DNA of 64,000 bases from a virus (IMGVR_UViG_3300014204_000114:1-64000); one strand, 5' to 3'. Counted from the stretch's first letter, positions 9,686-20,519 are shown. The notes: generated from the letters alone by a model not told the origin. Program-made: numbers and translations.

Positions 9686-10385
9686 TGAATTTATACTCTT
9701 CCTGAATTGGGATACCATTAGCTTCTATAACTTTACCCATAGAGATGATATTAACGCTTTTTAGAGTCTCTGAGGTTTGCGACCCTGTTATATTCTCATC
9801 GCCATATGTTATTTGTATATCGAACGGCACTTTAAATATGTCTTTTAGCTCCTGAGTCCCATAACTACCGTCGTTTGGGAGCGATCCCGCATCCGTATTA
9901 AGTTCGTCACCCCAAAAAGCACTTTTCAGAGACTCTACGACAGCGTCACCACCTTCTATATGACTATCCTCATTAACTAATGTTTGGCTTAATATATAAG
10001 GAATGTAGTTCTTAAATCTAAAATTAACAGTAAACGAGCCTTCGACCAAAACCCTGCCAAAAGATACAGTATCGTAATATTCAGATCTGTATCCGTAGAT
10101 AGGAGTTTTCTCCTGCATGAAGTTGTACATAATGCCGGAGAGATCATCTATATAAACATTGTTTATCACCAGTCTTACGTCAGTCCCAGACCTAAAATCC
10201 ACGTTGTAAACATGCATAAACTCTATAGCTTTGAAGGGGTCTGTCTTAACTGGTGTAGAAGAAGCTGTTACTGAATTAGCAAAACTATCATAATTGTCTT
10301 TGTATTTCTGAGCATAAGTCCCTATCATATAGCCGATATTGTCGACGGTTGAGGAACGAGGTTTTAAGCTGTCACCCACACCCAT
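9666..10385 (-). CDS. Tail tube-like protein (tube initiator/baseplate hub paralog)
   Basis: SGTD...QEKTPIYGY...G-x-V-x-V-x-G...PFDIQI motifs parallel the tube protein. Confidence 0.6.
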   Translation of the reverse strand: MGVGDSLKPRSSTVDNIGYMIGTYAQKYKDNYDSFANSVTASSTPVKTDPFKAIEFMHVYNVDFRSGTDVRLVINNVYIDDLSGIMYNFMQEKTPIYGYRSEYYDTVSFGRVLVEGSFTVNFRFKNYIPYILSQTLVNEDSHIEGGDAVVESLKSAFWGDELNTDAGSLPNDGSYGTQELKDIFKVPFDIQITYGDENITGSQTSETLKSVNIISMGKVIEANGIPIQEEYKFIAQKIE

Positions 10386-10388
10386 AAT

Positions 10389-11210
10389 TTACCTATTAGT
10401 ATCGTAAAATTTCAAAGCTGTCGACGCTGAGATTCTTCCATCCGAAGCCGAAGCAGGATTATCTTCGTCTATACTATAGATGTAATCAGTGTTTCTCATC
10501 GGAGAATAATCTTCAGCAATAAAATTAGTCGTCTTTTCTATAAACATGTTGTGAATAGAAAGTACAGTAGATTCGGACATGAACTGTACGCCGAATAATT
10601 TTAGCACTGAAGCTTTTGGTTGTCCTGTGTCGGACATATACTCGTTGTTAAATAACACTATTAAATCTAAAGGTGGAACCTGATCTGCAGAAACATAAGC
10701 TCCTCTTGTGCCTCTGTCGGAAAGAGAAAGTCTAATATTATTTTGTGTAACTAACTGATATAAGGTATCCTGAGCGAATTCTACAAATACCATCGTCCCA
10801 GCTATTCTTCTTACTCCTTTAGTATAACCTAAAGGTTTTACGCTACCACAACCAGAAACAGGATTTTTTTCTCTAAAGATTTGGAATGATAATGTCTGTA
10901 CGTTTGCTAATTTAGTAAACACGATACCTAGCCCAGAAGTATTCTGAGTCTTATTAGGATCATATACTATTTCCACATCTTTAAGTTGTTCTTCGGAGAG
11001 ACTTTGAGTTCTGGTAACTCCCGACTTAATTGTAGATGCGTAGTTTTGAAGAGTCTTTATTTGAGAGTCATCGAAACCAGAAGGCTCATTACCAGGCAAT
11101 TTATAAACGACTACATATACGGAAGCGTCAGCTCCACTAAAGTTTCCGATAGTGAATCTTTCCCTATCGTCCGGATAAATACTTCTTGTTTGTAGTCTAC
11201 TAAGATCCAT
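10389..11210 (-). CDS. Tail tube-like protein (paralog)
   Basis: FSGAD, REKNPV, KGVRRIAGT and DQVPPLD motifs shared with 11265-11966. Confidence 0.65.
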   Translation of the reverse strand: MDLSRLQTRSIYPDDRERFTIGNFSGADASVYVVVYKLPGNEPSGFDDSQIKTLQNYASTIKSGVTRTQSLSEEQLKDVEIVYDPNKTQNTSGLGIVFTKLANVQTLSFQIFREKNPVSGCGSVKPLGYTKGVRRIAGTMVFVEFAQDTLYQLVTQNNIRLSLSDRGTRGAYVSADQVPPLDLIVLFNNEYMSDTGQPKASVLKLFGVQFMSESTVLSIHNMFIEKTTNFIAEDYSPMRNTDYIYSIDEDNPASASDGRISASTALKFYDTNR

Positions 11211-11214
11211 ATTT

Positions 11215-11253
11215 AAAAGGTGGGCGCCGCGCTATATTTCAAACGCGGCACCC
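11215..11253 (-). terminator. Stem-loop/intrinsic terminator after the tail tube gene
   Basis: gggtgccgcg...cgcggcgccc followed by acctttt on the minus strand. Confidence 0.6.
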
Positions 11254-11264
11254 TATAACCTTAA

Positions 11265-11966
11265 TTAAACGTTGCTATTCTCATCCTGGACTTCTGTAGC
11301 TACTATGCTATCAGGAGTAGGATCGCCCGCAGTCCAAGGTAGGATCTGGCGAGCAACATACTGCATCTGCATTTCTGTCACTAGGTCGTCAATCGAAATG
11401 CCCGAACCTTCATTCAGCACTTCCACGCCTATGATTTTCATAAACGTAGTCGCACCGTATTCATTAGCTCCTAAAAGCGTAATGTCGAAAGGCGGGATCT
11501 GATCAACATACCAAGGTCTGACAGCTTGCTGATCGAACGAAGCATCATCGCCGAATAACTCTTCTGTCTGATAAGAGAAGAACGTGCCCGCAGTAGCGCT
11601 TATTTCCGCAGCGCCCTGATTAACAAGTTGCAGCTGCGAATTCAACGTAGCTTGTTCTCCATCAGTAACAGCATAGTCCCAAGCGATCTCATCGTTGTCA
11701 GCAGAGAATTTGACCCTGGCGACAGAATGGTTCAGCAAGGCGTGTTTATCGAACTCGATAAAGATCAACGTCCCTGCTATGCCTCTTTTGCCTCTGGAGA
11801 AAGCCCTGGGATCAGCGCCACCCATAGTATATATAGGGGCCTTCTCCCTCTGGATTGAATACGATATAGCCTGTAAGGTACCAATTACTTGGCTCCCAAA
11901 CACGGCCTTCATATCAACTCCAGAAAAACTATTGTAGGACTTTCTATAAGTATTTATACTTGGCAT
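11265..11966 (-). CDS. Major tail tube protein
   Basis: Immediately follows the sheath; FSGVD...REKAPIY...RGKRGIAGT...DQIPPFDI; AGGAGG RBS; terminator after. Confidence 0.8.
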   Translation of the reverse strand: MPSINTYRKSYNSFSGVDMKAVFGSQVIGTLQAISYSIQREKAPIYTMGGADPRAFSRGKRGIAGTLIFIEFDKHALLNHSVARVKFSADNDEIAWDYAVTDGEQATLNSQLQLVNQGAAEISATAGTFFSYQTEELFGDDASFDQQAVRPWYVDQIPPFDITLLGANEYGATTFMKIIGVEVLNEGSGISIDDLVTEMQMQYVARQILPWTAGDPTPDSIVATEVQDENSNV

Positions 11967-11980
11967 ACTTTAAGTCCTCC

Positions 11981-13873
11981 TTAAGCTTTGTTAAGAGACA
12001 GCTTCACGAAGATTTGTCTCAATTCAAACGCAGGAACGAGTACCAATTCGACGGTTGCGTTGCCCTGTACCTGCTCAATGACCGTAGCGGTTACGTTGCT
12101 AGAGAAGCGGGTCAGACGACCAGCCTTCTGCAATTTCGCCAACTCGGCATCGATAGCAGTCTTGAGAGCAAGCCTACCAGCCTTACTTGTCGCTTCGCCG
12201 ATAAACGGCATACCAACGGCTCTTACTCTGTCGATGACTTCCTTAACTATCTTAACGGTCGAAACCCTTCGATAGTCAGAATCCTGACGAGCAAAAGTCG
12301 GGGCATCAGCGATAACTATTTGTTTGTTGCGAGACGTAAGCATCGTGTACTTAACGCCCGCCAGCTGATCATTCTTCTGATTACGAACGATGAACGGAAG
12401 CTTAATACCATTCTCTACCTTATTCGTAGGAGCGCTATTTGCCGGCAACGCAGATACCTTAGACAGGTACTTCGAAGCGTAAGTAGCAACATATCCGAAA
12501 CCGGTAGTGTCGATAGGATTGAAGTAATAGACATACTGCGGAACAACGGCAATATATTTGCCGATGTCTATGATATGACTATTATCATCCAATTCATCCG
12601 TGCCATCGAGATATCCAGAATCCGTTGCGACCATTCCGCCGTAATTAGATCCGGATCTATAATACGAAGAACCAGCAGCAAACTTATTACCCAAAAGACC
12701 CGTTCCGTTATCAGCGGAAGCCGCTATGGTATAAATACCAGTCGCAGGATCAAGAGTATAAGTCGGGAGCTTGCCTATCCAGGTAGAGATATCCGCGAGA
12801 GAGAAACTGTTAGGCGGCAGAGTGCCGATAGCACTAAGCGCTTCGTTTACATTCTCTGAATAAGTATACAGGAAGTTTGCAAGCTGATAACCGAAGTTAG
12901 CTTCATGCCAATCTCCAGAAGTGATAGACGTGCCATCAATCTTAAGAGTGGCAGATGCCGAACCAACATTCGGCCAAACTTCTGCGATGTTATCATTGTC
13001 GATGTCCCAGAAGAAATAATCTTCGCCGCCATACTCTTCAGTAAAATACCTTCCAAGTACGTCGTTGTTCGTAGCGGCTGTCGGATAACTGTGACCAGAA
13101 ACCCATACGCCCGAGTTATTCCGGAAAGCAGCATCGATTCCACTTATTACGGTAGAGTTCGGAGTGCTTCCGTTTATCTGAGTATTAACATCGTCAAGAT
13201 ATATGTCCATAGGAAGGACATAATCAAACACCACGTTTTCCAGGAGCTGATACGATTCATGGAGAGCTTCGAAAAGCTTCATCCTAGAAGGATCAACACC
13301 ATCTGTTCCGGCGGTATAAGCGGTTCCGGCCGTGACGACACTAGCCATCACGACAGGAGCTGAAACAGTACCAATGTCTGCTCCAGCAGCACCAGCAGTT
13401 CCACTTACTGAAACTTCATTCGCGTCTATACGGTTATCCGGAGTGTCGGGGTCGTTATCGTAAATAAGTTCCCCGGTCACAGTGTTCCAAACCATCAATC
13501 GACCTTCAGAATTGCTCCAAAACAGTTCATAATGGCTTCCAGCGGAATCATCTTTTTCAACTGTTTCAAGAGTAATACCAGCAGCGCCTGAAGTATCGCC
13601 AATATGCTCTAACTTGGCAGACGTAGCGTTGATTCTGAAAAGTACAATATTTTTGGCTTGGTCGGCAGTCTCGTACATACCACGGATCAATGTCCCTTCG
13701 CGTCCGAACGCGGAAGCAGCATCAGAAGTCCTAACGACAGTATAAGGCGTGTCAGAAGGACCATCTTCAGCAGTTCCGAGGATGAGGAATATGGGACCAT
13801 CAACCTGAGTGGCTACATAGAGATTACCGTCTTGTTTCTTAGGGAAGATCCCAGACAGATTACTGTAAGCCAT
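11981..13873 (-). CDS. Contractile tail sheath protein
   Basis: 630 aa; N-terminal ILGTAEDGP...P; C-terminal FIGE...LVPAFELRQI sheath signature. Confidence 0.9.
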   Translation of the reverse strand: MAYSNLSGIFPKKQDGNLYVATQVDGPIFLILGTAEDGPSDTPYTVVRTSDAASAFGREGTLIRGMYETADQAKNIVLFRINATSAKLEHIGDTSGAAGITLETVEKDDSAGSHYELFWSNSEGRLMVWNTVTGELIYDNDPDTPDNRIDANEVSVSGTAGAAGADIGTVSAPVVMASVVTAGTAYTAGTDGVDPSRMKLFEALHESYQLLENVVFDYVLPMDIYLDDVNTQINGSTPNSTVISGIDAAFRNNSGVWVSGHSYPTAATNNDVLGRYFTEEYGGEDYFFWDIDNDNIAEVWPNVGSASATLKIDGTSITSGDWHEANFGYQLANFLYTYSENVNEALSAIGTLPPNSFSLADISTWIGKLPTYTLDPATGIYTIAASADNGTGLLGNKFAAGSSYYRSGSNYGGMVATDSGYLDGTDELDDNSHIIDIGKYIAVVPQYVYYFNPIDTTGFGYVATYASKYLSKVSALPANSAPTNKVENGIKLPFIVRNQKNDQLAGVKYTMLTSRNKQIVIADAPTFARQDSDYRRVSTVKIVKEVIDRVRAVGMPFIGEATSKAGRLALKTAIDAELAKLQKAGRLTRFSSNVTATVIEQVQGNATVELVLVPAFELRQIFVKLSLNKA

Positions 13874-13930
13874 ACTTTATTTTCCTCCTTAGCTATATAA
13901 GCTGCGGCGCTTTATCTAAGTCCCTGCATG

Positions 13931-14695
13931 CTAAAAGGATTGGAGATTAACCTTAATGATTAAATCTTCCATCTTCTTTTGGCTCTTTTGTGTTATGGTC
14001 TCAGTCCTTACGTAATATCTTACGGGCCGACCATGCAATATATTTCCATTCTTTTTGCTATATATCAGGTCTTTTCCCTGCCCCCAATATATAACTTTAC
14101 CAACACCTTGATATTCGAAAAACCAAATATACTGCTCCATGAATTCTTCGAACCATAGAGCGCGAGCCATTGCCTCTTTATTGGTTTTGGCCCAGCAAGT
14201 AAATTCGGTCATATTATCATGTATATATCCAAGAACCAAGAGTTTATATCCGGGGTTCTCGGGATCATCAACACTATCACGAAGTAAAGGTTTTAGGTTT
14301 CTAGGACCATCAAATGGAGCTTGCCGACCCATAGATCCGGGTTCCCTTTTCGTAAGTTCAGCTCCTATTGTTTCTGTCGTGATATCCAGCTCCAGTCTCT
14401 CTGTATGATAAAGCAGAGACACTCGGTTATCGGTAGAGACTTCAAGAGTATCCTGATGATCAGATAATGCCTCTTCGACCAAGTCAAAGAACTCCTTAAT
14501 ATTCTTGGCCGCGCCTCCACTTACTAGCCTATCATAAGTATATGGATTGTCAAGCTTTCCGCCGTTAGCGCGGTTCTGTAACTCAGTGCTATTAAGCCTT
14601 TCTTGTTCTAAAAAATAAGCCGCCATCTTCGGAGCTTCAGTTTTTAAGTCTTCCGCGGTTAGTATTTTCCGAAGTCTAGTGTCCATCATTGTCAT
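13931..14695 (-). CDS. Tail terminator/completion-like protein
   Basis: Position just upstream of the sheath; size. Confidence 0.45.
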   Translation of the reverse strand: MTMMDTRLRKILTAEDLKTEAPKMAAYFLEQERLNSTELQNRANGGKLDNPYTYDRLVSGGAAKNIKEFFDLVEEALSDHQDTLEVSTDNRVSLLYHTERLELDITTETIGAELTKREPGSMGRQAPFDGPRNLKPLLRDSVDDPENPGYKLLVLGYIHDNMTEFTCWAKTNKEAMARALWFEEFMEQYIWFFEYQGVGKVIYWGQGKDLIYSKKNGNILHGRPVRYYVRTETITQKSQKKMEDLIIKVNLQSF

Positions 14696-15195
14696 ATTTT
14701 AGTCCCCGTAGAAGGAGTGTCTACTTTGTAGGCTTCACATTTAAAGTATTCTATTCTTCCGGTGTTGCCCTTCATTGGATAAATGGTAGTTAAGTTGTAT
14801 TTATATTTTCTTACATAAGGACGTTCTATTACGCTATTTTCGTCCGTTTCCATCTCTATTATTTTATCGAACTTCTTTGGATCCGTATCATATCTCATAT
14901 AAAATGTATAGTTGTCGCCTTTTCGAATCTTATAAACATAAATCCATTCTTCGGACCATTTGTAAGAATCCCCGTGACAAATCTCGCAAAGTCTTTCAAT
15001 ATCCGGTTCTTTAGTCACAGGATCTATACAGTCACATGAGACTAGATTCCCATTATCATCTCTATTGTTTCTTCTTAGAAGGACTTGCTGTTTTAAGCCG
15101 ACAAAATATCTGTCAGACTCGATCAGGTTTATAAACTCCTGTCTTAAGTCTATATCTCCAGACACATTACCGGTTAAAAATAAATCGTTAGCCAA
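14692..15195 (-). CDS. Head-closure/neck-like protein with Cys cluster
   Basis: CDC...CEICHG zinc-binding motif; neck position. Confidence 0.45.
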   Translation of the reverse strand: MANDLFLTGNVSGDIDLRQEFINLIESDRYFVGLKQQVLLRRNNRDDNGNLVSCDCIDPVTKEPDIERLCEICHGDSYKWSEEWIYVYKIRKGDNYTFYMRYDTDPKKFDKIIEMETDENSVIERPYVRKYKYNLTTIYPMKGNTGRIEYFKCEAYKVDTPSTGTKI

Positions 15196-16135
15196 TCTTC
15201 CACCTGCGGTATCCGCTCTTTAGAAACTTCGTTGTTGCTATCGGGCTGGAAGTATATTCATTATCCCATATTCTTCCTACTAAAGGTCTGTCCGCGTCAA
15301 GTTCGCCTTTTATGACGAACTCCGGCTCGACATATTTTGCTCCTCTAGATTCAACGATAGGCAAGAATTTATCGACGCATTCCTGCATCTTATCAAACAT
15401 CTTCTGTATGCCCGGCGCGCTCATGTCGATTTCAAAATCGCCCAGCTTTTTAGAGATTCTGCCTGACTTGTCCAGGTAGTTCCCGAGTAAGATTTGAGTA
15501 GCCCTGCAGATAACAAACTGGTTTCGAGCATACTCATAATAGCTGGAGTTACTTGTAGAAGAAACGAATGTTAAGGTGTTAGCCTCTTTCGAAGCTTCCC
15601 ATATAGCAAGATTAATAGTGTCGTCCGGAACTGAAGTCAGATATGTGCCGGCCCTTAATTGGACCTGCCTGTAAGAAGCGAATAAAGGAGAATACTCAGT
15701 CGTAAAATAGAAAGTATAGTCAGTGCCTAAAGAGGTCTCGTCTGTATTTTCTATGCTAGAACTTAAAGTAACGGTTATTCTATTATTGGCATATAGAGGA
15801 GTAGAAGAGGCTATAACGCCCGCGCCAACTACGCTAAACGAGAAGACGTAATCAAGATCGTTTCCGTCTAGCTCTCCCTGCCATCTATCATACCATGTGC
15901 CGTATTCTGCATCCGCCGGAATAGTATACGTATACCTGTAGTATCCTCTGCCTAAAGAAGTAGCAGAAGCCCCAACAACTATAGCTTGGCTTTCGTCAGT
16001 AGTGTCAGTATTAGGAGGAAAGATATCCACATTAATATTTGTGAGTCTGGAAAGATCTGTTATCTCCTCTCCAGCCGCATCCTTAAACTGAACTATTAAA
16101 TTTAGATCCCTGCTGCGGGTACCTATTCTAGCCAT
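15188..16135 (-). CDS. Head-tail adaptor-like protein with N-terminal Ig-like domains
   Basis: beta-rich N-terminus; C-terminal SKKLGDFEI adaptor-like motif; position. Confidence 0.5.
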   Translation of the reverse strand: MARIGTRSRDLNLIVQFKDAAGEEITDLSRLTNINVDIFPPNTDTTDESQAIVVGASATSLGRGYYRYTYTIPADAEYGTWYDRWQGELDGNDLDYVFSFSVVGAGVIASSTPLYANNRITVTLSSSIENTDETSLGTDYTFYFTTEYSPLFASYRQVQLRAGTYLTSVPDDTINLAIWEASKEANTLTFVSSTSNSSYYEYARNQFVICRATQILLGNYLDKSGRISKKLGDFEIDMSAPGIQKMFDKMQECVDKFLPIVESRGAKYVEPEFVIKGELDADRPLVGRIWDNEYTSSPIATTKFLKSGYRRWKIG

Positions 16136-16144
16136 ATCAGCTCC

Positions 16145-17257
16145 TTAAACCAGCGTAATAACCATAGTACTTCCGCTGATAGATATAACCTTTCCTATAT
16201 TCTTAGTATAAGATATAGAGCTATCGCTATAATTTCCATTAACAGGTTCTCCCGTTATGGTAACGTAACTATCTAAAAATTCCCCCGAATTTATCGGGTG
16301 ACTGAACTCTACAACTATAGTGTCAAATCCTGATACCGTAACACTACTCTGTCTGTTCTCGGGCGTTGTAGAAACTACTGTAAATTCGTCAGGCTGAGAA
16401 GGCGCGCTATCTACGAAATCTCCAAGAATAGTCGTTGACGTTTCTGTAGGTAATGTTTGTATAGAGCCGCTAGAGGTTTGAAACGTCCATGTGTAATTAC
16501 CATCCATTGTAGTAGAAGGCTTGACGTAAACTCTAAAAGTGTCTCCTAGCTCATATAGACCGTCTCTTTCAAATGATACATACACTCCAGTATCAAGTAA
16601 GGTATTCCTTATAGAAGACCTTTGGCTAGTGTAGAAGATTGTAGGTTCACTGTCCTTCCACCATTTGTAGAGGGCTGTACCTGTGCCGCCCGCCGAAGTT
16701 ATCTGAATATTGTAGTAATCTTCAGCAGTCCCTTCGTAACCGCCTATAAACGTAACGTTGCTTGTACCTAAATTAGCTCCCTTCGTGGGATCAAATACAG
16801 TACGAGTCTTAACGCCAGTCTTAAGCGTATCAGTCTGGTCTTCGTCTCCAAATACATATACCGTGAAAGTAGTATTCGGACTTAATTGGACAGTAGGAGT
16901 AAAAATAGCCTTGTGCCTAAAAGCCGTTCCGGAAACTCCAGAACCGCCATAATCGTAACCGCTGTATATACCATCCCCGGAGTTTTCTATTCTCTGGAAT
17001 GTTATAGTCCCGGCTACAAAGCCCTTGTATCCAGCAGAAGAGAGAAGATTACCGTCATCATCAGTGGTCGTATTGTCGTCGAATATTATCCTGTCAGGCC
17101 CAGTATAAATTTCATACTCCGGACCAGCCACGACAAGACCTCCATTAGTTATGGAAGTTTCGTCCATCTCTTCATTGAATAATACCCATATGGTATCGCC
17201 AATTAGAACGCCTGTTGCGCCAGATGACGGATGTATTGCTTCTATACTTATAGCCAT
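16145..17257 (-). CDS. Ig-like domain virion protein
   Basis: P-x-x-GATGV...I-x-V-x-FNE-x-MD and a second similar C-terminal unit (TPEN...VVEFSHPIN). Confidence 0.6.
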   Translation of the reverse strand: MAISIEAIHPSSGATGVLIGDTIWVLFNEEMDETSITNGGLVVAGPEYEIYTGPDRIIFDDNTTTDDDGNLLSSAGYKGFVAGTITFQRIENSGDGIYSGYDYGGSGVSGTAFRHKAIFTPTVQLSPNTTFTVYVFGDEDQTDTLKTGVKTRTVFDPTKGANLGTSNVTFIGGYEGTAEDYYNIQITSAGGTGTALYKWWKDSEPTIFYTSQRSSIRNTLLDTGVYVSFERDGLYELGDTFRVYVKPSTTMDGNYTWTFQTSSGSIQTLPTETSTTILGDFVDSAPSQPDEFTVVSTTPENRQSSVTVSGFDTIVVEFSHPINSGEFLDSYVTITGEPVNGNYSDSSISYTKNIGKVISISGSTMVITLV

Positions 17258-17266
17258 AGTTTATGC

Positions 17267-17896
17267 CTATTTTCTTTTCTTATTAGTCTTAGCTTTTACG
17301 ATAACGTTCTGAAGCTCTTCCAGACCTTTATCTGAAATTTCCATCTTGGTCTCGTTGGCTTCAATATCCTTCTCGTAAAGCTCTACAGCTTTCACTTCGT
17401 TTCTAGTTTTAATTAAAGCGTCTTCTTCAAGAGACGCAAGATAAGCTTCAACATCTTTAATAATACGTTTTCTAGGAGCCTTCGATGCCATTTCTTTTGA
17501 TTGTACGGCACGAAGAAAGTCCCCGTCGGCTCTATTTGCCTTCAGGACCTCCCTTATATTTTCAACACTTCCGTTAAGTAAAGAATCTATACGTTTGTCG
17601 GCTTCAGCCGGATTAGCTTCCTTCTCCAGCTGTACAGTCTTTTCTTCTACTAGTTTTTTGGTTATCGGCAAGGGCGCCTGCTGTACTATTCTTTGCGAAG
17701 GCGGAGCGCCAACTAAAAGTTCGTCGCGATTTCCTTCAAGAATCTCTATCCTCTTAAAGCCAACCGCATCATAAAGAACCTTCTTGACGCTATTTTGCAG
17801 AGAGGCAATATCAATCTCAGCTATCGGATTCTCAAAATTTAGAGAGATATTACCAACCATGAAAAATGGAACCTTGTCGTTAATTTTTACTTTCAT
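17267..17896 (-). CDS. Hypothetical protein after the capsid gene
   Basis: 209-aa ORF with RBS, in operon. Confidence 0.7.
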   Translation of the reverse strand: MKVKINDKVPFFMVGNISLNFENPIAEIDIASLQNSVKKVLYDAVGFKRIEILEGNRDELLVGAPPSQRIVQQAPLPITKKLVEEKTVQLEKEANPAEADKRIDSLLNGSVENIREVLKANRADGDFLRAVQSKEMASKAPRKRIIKDVEAYLASLEEDALIKTRNEVKAVELYEKDIEANETKMEISDKGLEELQNVIVKAKTNKKRK

Positions 17897-17921
17897 TTCC
17901 TTTTTCCTTTCATTTTTTATA

Positions 17922-17965
17922 GGGAAAGGCCGCCCCGCTCTTTTGCAGGGCGGAAGCGGCCTCCC
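17922..17965 (-). terminator. GC-rich stem-loop after the major capsid gene
   Basis: aggccgc...gcggcct inverted repeat; U-tract weak. Confidence 0.5.
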
Positions 17966-17990
17966 AAATTTACACCATCAAGTCGACTGA

Positions 17991-19217
17991 TTAGTCAAGG
18001 ACGTTTTCAGTCGGGCTAATCGCAGCTATCGTGCCGCTGACATCCTGCGTAGCCTGAGCCGGCAGAACGATCTGGTTCGGTACGACATGAACGTTTCTGA
18101 TTGTTCCGATGCCCTGACCGGCATTCAGAATAGCAATCGCATAACGCTCTTTAATTTTCAGCTTGCGAATATCCACAGTCGGATCTTCGAATTCGTCAAG
18201 AGTGATATCCTCATCGACAACCAGAGCACCAAGCTCATTGCTATCGAAGATGTAGATATCTGTTAACTTCCTCGTCGCGTCATAATAGACGAACGGGGAA
18301 ACAACAATTCTCATCGGGAATGGGAAGTATCCAGGAATCTTCGGAGAAGCCTGAAGCTGGTTCGGGTAATCCGTGTTGGCGCTAGGAGTAAGTCCAGCAG
18401 CGTTTCCGCCCGGGATTATATTCTGGCCATTCGGGTTTCCGCGACCGTCAGGATCGCCAAGATTCGTGAGCTGATTCGCTCTTCCGTTCCAACCTGCGAA
18501 GAATGAGCCACCGCCAGCGGCGAGAGCAAATGCCCGCAGAGTAGGATCTTTGACAAACATTACCCAAGTCAAAGGATGCATAAGTAAAGTGTCAGGCATA
18601 AAGCCCTGGGTAATAACCTGTCCCATAGCATCGAAGAGGTCGTCCATGGTAATAGAGCCGTTGCCAGCTCCAGCCAGATCACGACCAGTCGTAACGCCGA
18701 AAATAGAAGTAGCCGGAGTTACGTTATCGAAGCACTTTACGCCAACGCTCTGTATATGCTTGAAGATTTTATATTCTTTGTGGCGCGCAAGAGCACGGCC
18801 TGCCGCACGAAGGTGCATACCGATAACATCATACTGGGAATAACGAATCATTTCCTCAGTGATGCGAACCGCGAGACCGGATTTCCCGATCTCGGCCCGG
18901 ACGGTAGCTCCGCCGATAGGCAGCGTGCGTTCCGGATACTCTCCGCCTTCCGGAATATCAGCAGCAGTCAAGGCGCCAACAGCAGGGAAGGTAATAACCT
19001 GCCCGAACTGGTAGTTAATCCGCTGGAGCAACGACGCGCCAACAAGATACGGCTCAGCCGCTTCCTTAACGATATTACTGATAACCTTTGGGAGGAGAGT
19101 AGGAGCGTTAGAAACCGCCAAGGCGTCCGTGAAAGACATAAGCTTTCCACTGGACTCGCCGGGGACGATTCCATTATTCCTCCATATATACTCGTAGTCT
19201 TGAAGTTTAAATTCCAT
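17991..19217 (-). CDS. Major capsid protein (HK97-like fold)
   Basis: 408 aa; IPEGGEYPE, KSGLAVRITEEMI, PDTLLMHP and KIKERY capsid-like motifs; AGGAGG RBS. Confidence 0.88.
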   Translation of the reverse strand: MEFKLQDYEYIWRNNGIVPGESSGKLMSFTDALAVSNAPTLLPKVISNIVKEAAEPYLVGASLLQRINYQFGQVITFPAVGALTAADIPEGGEYPERTLPIGGATVRAEIGKSGLAVRITEEMIRYSQYDVIGMHLRAAGRALARHKEYKIFKHIQSVGVKCFDNVTPATSIFGVTTGRDLAGAGNGSITMDDLFDAMGQVITQGFMPDTLLMHPLTWVMFVKDPTLRAFALAAGGGSFFAGWNGRANQLTNLGDPDGRGNPNGQNIIPGGNAAGLTPSANTDYPNQLQASPKIPGYFPFPMRIVVSPFVYYDATRKLTDIYIFDSNELGALVVDEDITLDEFEDPTVDIRKLKIKERYAIAILNAGQGIGTIRNVHVVPNQIVLPAQATQDVSGTIAAISPTENVLD

Positions 19218-19238
19218 AGTTTCGCGTCCTCCTTAAAC

Positions 19239-20519
19239 TTAGAATTTCAAACGCAGACGAACGACCTTGTTGGACGCTCCCGCGTATGTGATATTATTCG
19301 GTAAACCGCCAGTAGCGCTACCAGACATCTGATTGACTGTGCCTAAGCTCGTGTACTGAGTCTGAACATATTCCAGATAGTCTTTCGGGAACACATCGGT
19401 CTCAAGGACCTGACCGCAGATTCTCTCTACGTAATGCTGAATATTCGTAGTAGAGTTAGATGCACAGGTTGCCGCAACAAAGTTAGAGTTAGTATCAAAC
19501 GTCACGAACTGGCCAGCCTTCAAATCGCCGACAGCACAAGCATAAGTCGATACGCTAGCAGGGGCAGCGGCATAATGATAATAAGTCAAAGTTGCCGCGC
19601 CAGCTAAAGCCGTGGGAATCGCATTACCGCCGGACTCATACATAAAGACTATACCACGAGTATAATCGATATAGAAGTCGCCAGCAGCTATGATCTCGTC
19701 AATCCCGCCTACTTCTTTAACGAATACGGTAGAGTTGACATTAGCGCCAGCGGCAGATAACCACGCCCACAGGGTAATCGGAGTGCTCTTAGCTACAGGG
19801 GCATACAAAGTTACATAAGCTACAACGTTAGTCGCAACATCTGCAAACTCAGCATTTCCAACTATAGCGGTATGATCGAACCAGCCCTTAGCACGCGTCG
19901 CATCAAATGCAGCCGCGAAGTTACCCGGAGTGCTATCGATACTCACGTTAATAGATTCTGTGGCCTGACTCGTCGGAACAAGAGGTACTTCGATATATCT
20001 CTTGCAGAGGATCGCTACCTGATGCTGCATATTATAATTATAATTCGTGTAGTCAGCAGGATTAAATCCATCACCGCCAGCCCACTTCAAGTAGTTGTAG
20101 AATGCAATACCGACAGGACGAGAAATCGCCATCGCGGTGCCAGTTCTACCCATGAAGCTAGCAGTCGAACCATCAATGGTAGACAGCGTAATCGTAGCGC
20201 CCGCAGTAACTGCAACGCCAGTACGGATGTCTATTGTCCCTTGAGTCACGTCATCAGCAGTATAGGTAAGGGTCGTTGCGGTAGCCAGTCCAGCCGGAAC
20301 CACATAACCGTCATTGTCAAAAGCGACAATCTTACCAGCGCTGATTACGTACCAATTTTCGTAATACTTATCATAGCGACTAACTGGCAGCCATGACGCC
20401 GGCCTAAAAGTACCGGCGGGAACATCTCCTTCGGATATGGAGAAGTTGGGAGTCCAGTTACCTACATGGTCCCATTGTTTCATATTGGGAGTCAGCTGAT
20501 TAACTGTATTCAAACTCAT
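19239..20519 (-). CDS. Head decoration/minor capsid protein
   Basis: Between protease and capsid genes; Ala/Thr-rich, beta-rich. Confidence 0.55.
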   Translation of the reverse strand: MSLNTVNQLTPNMKQWDHVGNWTPNFSISEGDVPAGTFRPASWLPVSRYDKYYENWYVISAGKIVAFDNDGYVVPAGLATATTLTYTADDVTQGTIDIRTGVAVTAGATITLSTIDGSTASFMGRTGTAMAISRPVGIAFYNYLKWAGGDGFNPADYTNYNYNMQHQVAILCKRYIEVPLVPTSQATESINVSIDSTPGNFAAAFDATRAKGWFDHTAIVGNAEFADVATNVVAYVTLYAPVAKSTPITLWAWLSAAGANVNSTVFVKEVGGIDEIIAAGDFYIDYTRGIVFMYESGGNAIPTALAGAATLTYYHYAAAPASVSTYACAVGDLKAGQFVTFDTNSNFVAATCASNSTTNIQHYVERICGQVLETDVFPKDYLEYVQTQYTSLGTVNQMSGSATGGLPNNITYAGASNKVVRLRLKF

